From an uncultured Acidobacteriota bacterium (GTDB taxonomy: Bacteria; Acidobacteriota; Thermoanaerobaculia; Multivoradales; UBA5704): 64,000 nucleotides of DNA. The position numbers and the translations under genes were made by a program. Shown in pieces: positions 56,877 to 64,000 of the stretch. Position 1 is the first letter of the stretch. Each line of letters starts with the position of its first letter. The DNA lies in contig CAVYRF010000001.1 in the NCBI GenBank assembly GCA_963770895.1, positions 1,248,001-1,312,000 on the forward strand, written 5' to 3'. Below the pieces are notes generated by a model. The model saw only the letters and a program-made list of their open reading frames with translations, was not told the origin of the DNA and ran no database searches.

Positions 56877-59800
56877 CTACTTCTGCAAGGCCCGCAGCGC
56901 CGGCTCAAGCCACGAGGAAACCATGCTCCCGATCTGCGGGAACTGTGCGGCCACGAAGCTGGCGACCGGTAGGGCGACGAACGACCCTGTGCGCATCCAG
57001 AAATCCGCCCCCAGCTCGCCAACCTTGGTGTTGGTAATCTTGCTCAGGGTCGCGTCGCGATGCATCTGCGCAAAGACCCCCGTCACGGCTCCCACCACAC
57101 CCAACAACACCAGCAGCAGCAGCGCGTCGATCGGTCCGCGCGGCTGGAAGGGATAGACCGTCAAGGCGAACAGGATGAAGACGTACATCCCCCCGATCGC
57201 CATCGTCAGCGTCCGAATCCGCACCAGCACCGCCAGCAGGAAGACCACGTACACCAGGCACACAAAGCGCTCGCAGGCGCGAATCGCCAGATCCGGCTTG
57301 CTCAGGTCGCTGGCTGCTCGCGGCTGGCCCTCTTCTTGCTCATGCCACACCTTCGCCAGACAGGTTAGAACCTGGCCCGCGGCCCGCGCGATGTGCCCGA
57401 GCATCGCCTGGGCGTCACCCAACACCTTCCACTCCAGCTCGCGCCGCTCCAAGGCCCTGGTTCCGAACCTTCCGTTCATGGCAAGGGTGTGCGCCAGCTG
57501 GTCCAGGATGTCCATGCGTTGCGCCAGGATCGTCTCCCTGCCATGCAATGCCGCGATCAGGGACGTCGCGTCGACTGCATTCCCTGGAGCGTTCGGCCTT
57601 TTGCCGCCGATCTTTCTCAAGGTGGCTTCCGCCTGCCCCATCGCCTCAAGCTCTCTTGCGACAAGTTTTCTGAAATCCGCCATTCCGCCGGCGCCGAGCC
57701 GCCAGATCGGCGTCCATGAAAAGCCTTGCAACTTTTCGAAGCCGCGGCGCAGCGGCAGGGCATCGAGACTCACGAGCAGGCGCCGGGTCTCGAGCCAGAG
57801 GCCCCAAAGTCGGAAAGTCGCACCAGCCAGGAGGAAAAGCGCGAGCGCTAGCAGCGCGGGTAGCAGCGCCTTTTCAAACCACGCGGGTTCGACGCCGCGC
57901 AACGGCGGCCAGCTGCTGTTGAACACCAGGTACAGGCCCCCGCCCACGGCCAGGATCAGGAAATAGTGGGCTGGTGACGACGGTCCAGGCAGCAACGAAT
58001 CGAGCAACCTGTTGGTCGTGTAATACCGGTGATCGCGTGGTATGGACTGCCGGCCATCGGGCGGCCAGGCTCTCCTGCGCGTGTAACCCGGATCTTCACA
58101 GAGCAGCCGCAAACTATCACTCCCGTTTCCAGACGGCAGGTATGGGCGGCGCTCGTCGAGCAGCGCATAGCCCCCGGCCATGCAATAGGTCCACCATAGA
58201 CAGGCGCCGACCAGAAGCAGCAATGGCATCTCGCAGGAGAGCCCCGACGTGATCTGAACGGCCCGTAACACCATGAAGCGCCGGATGCCCGACAGCGAGT
58301 CGGCCAGCGACTCGCTGTCGGGCGCCAGGGCGATCAAGAGCTCGATCGTGAACCCGACGACCAGGAGCACAATGGGAGCCCAGCTGCTGACGCGAACCTT
58401 CTTATGGGCCTTCCATCCCACCCTGAAATGGCACGCCACTTCCAGGATCGATGCCGCCATCATCGCCAGCATTGCCGCCCAGAGGATCCGACGCAGGGCC
58501 GCGGCGTGGTCGATGCTCCAGCCAGCCTCCTCGGCATGGCGTAGCGGCCACAGCAGATACAACAGGATCAATCCATGCAGCAGCGCCGCGCCGACAATCA
58601 GAAACTCGCGCGCGGCCAGCCGCCCTGTGGCGAATTGCGCCAGCAAACTCGACGCCGAGGAAATGGATGAGAACCAGAGCACCATGGCAAAGCCGACCGC
58701 AAGAGCCGCGCCGATCAGCACGGTGACGATCCACGAGGTCGGTGGCACCAGGCGCTGCGGTTGCGGTTGCATGTGCGGAGCGCCAGCGCCGCCCAGCTGG
58801 CCGGCTGGCTGTGGTGGCGCCATGGAATCCCGCATGTGCGTTGGTGTTTGCTGTTGCAACTGCGGACTGTCGATCGCGGGCAGCAGGGAGTGGGCGGCGC
58901 CGTCCAGATTCGGGCCGAGGCTGGCAACCGGCCAGAAGTCGTCGCCGCCCAGAGCCAGCAGGTGTACCGGCGGGCGATTGAAAAGCACGCTGGGGAAGCA
59001 GATGCGAGCTCCGTTTCGAAATCCGTCCGGCCACCCGTATTGGTACAGGTACAGCTCCGGCTCTTCCCGGAGTGCACAGTAGCGATCCCTGGTTGTGTTG
59101 GGCCCGCCCGCCGAGACTCTTAGAGCGCGCAGCGCATTGTAGACTCCCGGTTCGGACGAGCTGGGGAAAATGCGTTCGCCATTTCCTTGCCAATAGCTCA
59201 TGAAGAGATGATTGGAAATCGGCGCCAGAGAATAGGTGGACAGCGCCAGTACGCCGCGCAGCTGCTTGTCCTGCACCTCGCGGCGGAAGAGCAGGTCGGC
59301 GCCGATCGTCACGATCTGCCCGCGCGGGTAGGCCACGGTCAGGTAGCGGGTCAGGAACAGGGTGTCGAGCGGGTCGGACGCGCGCACGATCACGTAACGG
59401 ATGTCGTGCTTGCGCAGCTCCGACACGATCCCCAGCAGCACGGCATCCTGCGACAGCGGTGTCTGTTTCTGTGAGAACGCAGGCACGGTGTCGCCGTCGT
59501 CGCCGCTCACCTCCAGGTTGAGAGGAAGGGTCCCCTGCGGCTCGGTCGCTGAGTCCTGCCCGGTGGATCTGGTTCCATGCGCCTGGTAGGCGGCGCGAAG
59601 GCGTGAGATCTCTCTGGGGAAATAGAGTTGGAGAGGCAATCCCCTGGGCATCGGCGCAACGTGTGAGGCGCACGGCTGGGCAGCGACAACGTGAAGCCGG
59701 GGAGCGTTGCTGACAGGCGGCGATGTGGCTGACGCCGCGGCTGCATGTGGCACTGACGAGAACTTCCCATATTCCGTTTCGTCCTCGGACAGGACGGCAA

Positions 59801-60905
59801 CGGTATCCGTCACGCATGGGAGCTGTTCGCTGTCCTTCCTGCTCAGGTAGTTGATAAACCGATCGATCGCCACTTCGTCAGCCTCCTGGAAGGAGGCGAA
59901 CCGCACCGAAGGCAGACGCAACGTGTGGTGCAGGAAGCTTTTGACCGCGGCCTGGCTGCTGACAAAGCCGCTGTAGACGACCGCGGAGTCCGACGCGGGG
60001 TTCTGGATGACTTCGGCCAGGAGCTGCGCAAGGGAAGGCAACGACCCGGAGAAAGTGGGTCCCAGGACCTTGAGCGGCGGCCTCTTGGGGCAAGTGGTGC
60101 AGTTGGCGTCGGTCATCGCGGGCCGGATGAGTTGGACGGCGTGGCGGAACTGCTTCTTGTTGATTCCGGCGGTGGGGGATTCGCCGACAATCAGGATATG
60201 CAGGTACTCGCTCCTGGGCACCACGGAGTCGCCGCCCTTCGGTAGCGCGGTGTCGCCAACGTTCGGTGGGGTGGAGTCGCCGGCCTTTGGTGGCGCGGGA
60301 TCGCCGGCCTTTGGTGGTGCAGGGTCGCTGGCATTTTCCGGCGCCGGCGTGGTGCGGCGGAAGGTCATCCATCCGGGCCAATCCTGCTTGCCTTCTTCAT
60401 ACCATTGCTGCTTCAAGCGCTTTTCGAAGTCGTCGGGCTCGGGATGCGCTTTGGGGTCCCATGGCAACGTCGCCTTGACGAAGGTGTAGCCCGAGTCCTG
60501 TAAGGCTTCCTGGATCGCCTCGATGGCGCGGTCGAACAGGAGCCCGAAGTGGGTGTGGGCCGGGTCTGGCAGCAGCGCGATGATGCTGTTGTCCGGCTGG
60601 ACGCACTGTGCGAAAAGCGTGTCCGGCTGCAAGGGCGCGCCGCCCTCGCCACAAGCGGCATCCACCGGGGCTTGCAGGTCTTCCTGGTAGTCGCGGCCAG
60701 CTCTTTCCGCCATCTCCTCGCGGCTTGGAAAGGCCTTGTCGGCGGTCGCGGTCTTGGCGTCGATCGCCTTGGCGGCCGCGGATGCGGCGCCATCGCTTTG
60801 CGACGCAGCCGCCGCGCCGACGGGCGATGCCGTGGGGCTCAGCCCCGGCAGCAGCCAGCCCGCCAGAACCACGGCGCCGGCGAGCCCCGCGCCGCTACGC
60901 CGCAT
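56877..60905 (-). CDS. Large membrane protein: big exported N-terminal domain plus multi-TM C-terminus
   Basis: 1342 aa ORF; signal peptide; LGPTFSGS in a periplasmic-binding-like region; many TM helices. Confidence 0.8.
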   Translation of the reverse strand: MRRSGAGLAGAVVLAGWLLPGLSPTASPVGAAAASQSDGAASAAAKAIDAKTATADKAFPSREEMAERAGRDYQEDLQAPVDAACGEGGAPLQPDTLFAQCVQPDNSIIALLPDPAHTHFGLLFDRAIEAIQEALQDSGYTFVKATLPWDPKAHPEPDDFEKRLKQQWYEEGKQDWPGWMTFRRTTPAPENASDPAPPKAGDPAPPKAGDSTPPNVGDTALPKGGDSVVPRSEYLHILIVGESPTAGINKKQFRHAVQLIRPAMTDANCTTCPKRPPLKVLGPTFSGSLPSLAQLLAEVIQNPASDSAVVYSGFVSSQAAVKSFLHHTLRLPSVRFASFQEADEVAIDRFINYLSRKDSEQLPCVTDTVAVLSEDETEYGKFSSVPHAAAASATSPPVSNAPRLHVVAAQPCASHVAPMPRGLPLQLYFPREISRLRAAYQAHGTRSTGQDSATEPQGTLPLNLEVSGDDGDTVPAFSQKQTPLSQDAVLLGIVSELRKHDIRYVIVRASDPLDTLFLTRYLTVAYPRGQIVTIGADLLFRREVQDKQLRGVLALSTYSLAPISNHLFMSYWQGNGERIFPSSSEPGVYNALRALRVSAGGPNTTRDRYCALREEPELYLYQYGWPDGFRNGARICFPSVLFNRPPVHLLALGGDDFWPVASLGPNLDGAAHSLLPAIDSPQLQQQTPTHMRDSMAPPQPAGQLGGAGAPHMQPQPQRLVPPTSWIVTVLIGAALAVGFAMVLWFSSISSASSLLAQFATGRLAAREFLIVGAALLHGLILLYLLWPLRHAEEAGWSIDHAAALRRILWAAMLAMMAASILEVACHFRVGWKAHKKVRVSSWAPIVLLVVGFTIELLIALAPDSESLADSLSGIRRFMVLRAVQITSGLSCEMPLLLLVGACLWWTYCMAGGYALLDERRPYLPSGNGSDSLRLLCEDPGYTRRRAWPPDGRQSIPRDHRYYTTNRLLDSLLPGPSSPAHYFLILAVGGGLYLVFNSSWPPLRGVEPAWFEKALLPALLALALFLLAGATFRLWGLWLETRRLLVSLDALPLRRGFEKLQGFSWTPIWRLGAGGMADFRKLVARELEAMGQAEATLRKIGGKRPNAPGNAVDATSLIAALHGRETILAQRMDILDQLAHTLAMNGRFGTRALERRELEWKVLGDAQAMLGHIARAAGQVLTCLAKVWHEQEEGQPRAASDLSKPDLAIRACERFVCLVYVVFLLAVLVRIRTLTMAIGGMYVFILFALTVYPFQPRGPIDALLLLVLLGVVGAVTGVFAQMHRDATLSKITNTKVGELGADFWMRTGSFVALPVASFVAAQFPQIGSMVSSWLEPALRALQK
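60228..60323. repeat. Four in-frame 24-bp degenerate tandem repeats (PAPPKAGD-like)
   Basis: Units start at 60228, 60252, 60276, 60300. Confidence 0.8.
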
Positions 60906-61104
60906 GCTCTTGCGCAGCGCGCGCGGCGGTCGGCGCGCCTGGTCGGGGGACGGTGTCGTGGCGGGAAGGCGTGGGAGGTCCGGCTGCGGTCATGTTCACG
61001 GAAGACGGACACGGCGGACGGTTTCCCTCACGCCGGCGCCTTGCCTGCCTGCCAACCTTCAAGGTGCTGGAACCGCCCCCCAAGGTGTGCAGACCGCAAT
61101 CGCC

Positions 61105-61133
61105 TTGACAGACCTGCCACCGGTTCATAGTCT
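61105..61133 (+). promoter_or_regulatory. Sigma70-type promoter
   Basis: TTGACA-N17-TAGTCT about 40 nt upstream of ATG 61175. Confidence 0.6.
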
Positions 61134-61174
61134 GCGCTGCGAGCTGCCGCGCCGCCACTACGGAAGGACGACCG

Positions 61175-64000
61175 ATGACCAGACTGCGTGCTCTGTGTTC
61201 AGCCCTCCTGTTGCTTGCCGCCGCCGGGGCCCTGGCCGGGTCCGGACAGGGCGTGCCGGCGACGACGCCGGCCGCCGCGGTGGCCTTTGCCGTCGGCGGC
61301 GCCGGCACGCCCGCTGGGGCAGGTCCTGCCGGCGCGGCGCCCGCTGCGGCCATGCCGCCTGCCGGTACTGCTACCGCGGCGGCGGATGCCGGCGGGGCGG
61401 GCAGCGGCAAGGATGCCAAGGAGGAGGCGCCCAAGTGGGATGTGAACAACCCGCCGGGGCCGTCGTCGGAGGTGGAGATCAACGTCCAGGACGGGACCTG
61501 GATGAGCCTGGACGTGTCGCCGGACGGACGGGAGATCGTGTTTGACCTGCTGGGGGACCTGTACACGATTCCGATCGAGGGCGGCCCTGCGCATGCGCTG
61601 ACCCACGACGTGGCCTGGCAGATGCAGCCGCGCTACAGCCCGGACGGCAAGAGCATCGCGTTTACCAGCGACCAGGGGGGCGGCGACAACCTGTGGGTGA
61701 TGGACCGCGACGGCAGCCACCAGCGGGCGGTGACCAAGGAGACGTTCCGGCTGCTCAACAGCCCGGCGTGGAGCCCGGATGGCGAATACCTCGTGGGGCG
61801 CAAGCATTTCACCGCCACGCGCTCGCTCGGCGCGGGCGAGATGTGGCTGTACCACCGCAGCGGCGGCGAGGGTGTGCAGCTGACCAAGAAGCGCACCGAC
61901 CAGAAGGATGCCGGCGAGCCGGTGTTCTCGCCGGACGGGCGCTACCTCTACTACAGCGAAGACGTGACGCCGGGCGAGATCTTTGCCTACAACAAGGACT
62001 CCAACGGCGAGATCTACGTCATCCAGCGCCTGGACCTGGTCAAGGGTGACGTGGAACGGTTCGTCACCGGCCCCGGCGGCGCGGTGCGGCCGACGCCGTC
62101 GCCGGACGGCACGCGGTTGGCGTTCGTGCGGCGGGTGCGCGGCAAGAGCGTGCTCCACCTGATGGACCTGCGGTCGGGCGAGGTGTGGCCGGTCTACGAC
62201 AAGCTCGACCGCGACATGCAGGAAACCTGGTCGATCCACGGCCTGTACCCGACCATGGCCTGGACTCCGGATTCGCGGTCGCTGGTGTTCTGGGCCGGCG
62301 GCCAGATCTGGCGGCTGGACGTCGCCAGCGGCCAGGTGCGCGAAATCCCCTTTACCGTGCGCACGACGCGGCGCGTGACGCAGGCGGTGCGCTTTCCGGT
62401 CGCGGTCGCGCCCGACAGGTTCGACGTCAAGATGCTGCGCTGGGTGCGGGTGTCGCCGGGCGGCGATCGCGTCGTCTATCAGGCGCTCGGCAAGCTCTGG
62501 GTGAAGGCGCTGCCCGACGGCGCGCCGCGGCGGCTGACGCACCAGGAGCAGCACCTGGAGATGTTCCCGTCGTTTTCACGCGACGGCCGCTCGATCGTCT
62601 ATACCACCTGGAACGACCGCGAGCTGGGCAGCGTCCGCATCGTCCCGGCAGCCGGCGGCGAAGGCCGCGCCCTCAGCATCGGTCCCGGCCACTACGTCGA
62701 GCCGGTGTTCACTCCGGACGGCACGCAGGTGGTGTACCGGCGCACCACCGGCGGCGAGCTGCGCTCCTCGGCGTGGGGGCGGGAGCCGGGTATCTATCGC
62801 ATCCCGGTCACCGCGGCCGGCGCCGGCGGGGCGCCGGTGCTGGTCACCAAGGACGGCGAGCGGCCGCAGTTCGGCGCCGACGGCGATCGCGTGTACCTGT
62901 ACCAGACGGACGACGATGGGCTGAAAGGCAAGCTGGTGTCGGTCGCCCTGGACGGCCGCGAGCCGCGCAGCGAGTTGGCGAGCGAACGGGGCACCGACTT
63001 CGCCGTGGCGCCCGACGGCCGCTGGATCGCCTGGAGCGAAGGGTTCAACGCCTACGTCGCGCCGTTGCCCCGCACCGGCAAGTCGATCGACCTGGGACCT
63101 GACGCCAAGAACCTGCCGGTCGCCAAGGTGACGCACGACGCCGGCGAATCGCTGCAGTGGTCGGGCGACTCGCAGCAGCTGCACTGGTCGCTGGGGCCGA
63201 CGCTCTACACGCGGGCGCTGCGCGACTCCTTTGCGTTTCTGGCCGGCGCGCCCGAGCACCTGCCGGAGCCGCCCGGCAAGGGGGTCGCGATCGGCTTCCA
63301 GGCGGCGTCCGACGTGCCGACCGGCGCCGTGGCCGTGGTGGGCGGGCGGGTGATCACCATGCGCGGCGACGAGGTGATCGAAGATGGCACGGTGGTGATC
63401 GAAGGCAACCGCATTCGCGCCGTGGGCAAGGCCGGCGAAGTGGCGGTGCCGGCCGGAGCGTACGTCGTCGACGCGCACGGCAAGACCGTCATCCCCGGCC
63501 TCATCGACGTTCATTGGCACGGCAGCTTCGGCAGCGAAGGCATCCTGCCGCAGCAGAGCTGGATCAGCGCCGCCTCGCTGGCGTTCGGCGTCACCACGCT
63601 GCACGACCCTTCGAACGACACCGACACGGTGTTCGCCGCCAGCGAGATGGCCAAGGCCGGTCTCCTCATGTCGCCGCGCATCTTTTCGACCGGCACCGTC
63701 CTGTACGGCGCCAACGCCCCGTTCAAGGCCGAGATCAACAGCCTGGACGACGCGCGCTTCCACCTGCGGCGCATGCAGGCGGTGGGGGCGATCAGCGTCA
63801 AGAGTTACAACCAGCCGCGCCGCGACCAGCGCCAGATGGTGATCGCCGCGGCGCGCGAGCTGGGCATGATGGTGGTGCCCGAGGGCGGATCGCTGTTCCA
63901 GCACAACATGACGATGGTGGTGGACGGCCACACCGGCGTCGAGCACTCGCTGCCGGTGGCGCGCGTCTACCAGGACGTGCTGGCGCTGTGGGGCGGCACT
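61175..64000 (+). CDS. Secreted PD40/TolB-like beta-propeller plus amidohydrolase; runs off the window end
   Basis: Signal peptide; GTWMSLDVSPDG and repeated P..SPDG; GKTVIPGLIDVHWHG; GVTT..DP; KSYNQPRR; GVEH. Confidence 0.9.
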   Translation, partial: MTRLRALCSALLLLAAAGALAGSGQGVPATTPAAAVAFAVGGAGTPAGAGPAGAAPAAAMPPAGTATAAADAGGAGSGKDAKEEAPKWDVNNPPGPSSEVEINVQDGTWMSLDVSPDGREIVFDLLGDLYTIPIEGGPAHALTHDVAWQMQPRYSPDGKSIAFTSDQGGGDNLWVMDRDGSHQRAVTKETFRLLNSPAWSPDGEYLVGRKHFTATRSLGAGEMWLYHRSGGEGVQLTKKRTDQKDAGEPVFSPDGRYLYYSEDVTPGEIFAYNKDSNGEIYVIQRLDLVKGDVERFVTGPGGAVRPTPSPDGTRLAFVRRVRGKSVLHLMDLRSGEVWPVYDKLDRDMQETWSIHGLYPTMAWTPDSRSLVFWAGGQIWRLDVASGQVREIPFTVRTTRRVTQAVRFPVAVAPDRFDVKMLRWVRVSPGGDRVVYQALGKLWVKALPDGAPRRLTHQEQHLEMFPSFSRDGRSIVYTTWNDRELGSVRIVPAAGGEGRALSIGPGHYVEPVFTPDGTQVVYRRTTGGELRSSAWGREPGIYRIPVTAAGAGGAPVLVTKDGERPQFGADGDRVYLYQTDDDGLKGKLVSVALDGREPRSELASERGTDFAVAPDGRWIAWSEGFNAYVAPLPRTGKSIDLGPDAKNLPVAKVTHDAGESLQWSGDSQQLHWSLGPTLYTRALRDSFAFLAGAPEHLPEPPGKGVAIGFQAASDVPTGAVAVVGGRVITMRGDEVIEDGTVVIEGNRIRAVGKAGEVAVPAGAYVVDAHGKTVIPGLIDVHWHGSFGSEGILPQQSWISAASLAFGVTTLHDPSNDTDTVFAASEMAKAGLLMSPRIFSTGTVLYGANAPFKAEINSLDDARFHLRRMQAVGAISVKSYNQPRRDQRQMVIAAARELGMMVVPEGGSLFQHNMTMVVDGHTGVEHSLPVARVYQDVLALWGGT

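Noticed and set aside
60228-60323. 24-bp repeats as a CRISPR array
   Set aside because: Contiguous, in-frame, degenerate, no spacers, no cas genes. No CRISPR array was seen anywhere in the window.

Overview
High-GC bacterial window, most likely Acidobacteriota (Thermoanaerobaculia-like). This rests on an ADOP-type permease, an acidobacterial PadR fragment, a lineage-typical secreted C-terminal domain and CHAT/ECF clusters. Left third (1-19777): a decayed integrative island downstream of the 3' end of a minus-strand tRNA-Gly(TCC). It holds IS701 and IS3 remnants, a collapsed tyrosine integrase with arm-type-like repeats, relaxase/MobC, AAA_25 and RadC fragments, and a BrnT-like toxin-antitoxin pair. 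Inside it is one intact, tightly coupled operon (1584-11408): CHAT caspase-like protease, ZorA/MotA-like and ZorB/MotB-like stator pair, a helical protein, an SPFH-like coiled-coil protein, a STAND-like P-loop/HEAT protein and a membrane coiled-coil protein. This is the best candidate for an undescribed Zorya-related defence system. The island also carries an orphan Cys-rich RiPP-like precursor. The rest looks like chromosomal backbone: TPR-AAA operon, MFS, xth, a thioredoxin/TolC/multicopper oxidase operon (oxidase frameshifted), ABC permease and RND efflux, hydrolases, a CHAT-TPR/ECF sigma/anti-sigma/metacaspase cluster, LytS/LytTR, GT39, a large membrane protein and a PD40-amidohydrolase that runs off the right edge. 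All family calls come from motif recognition by eye; no searches were run.
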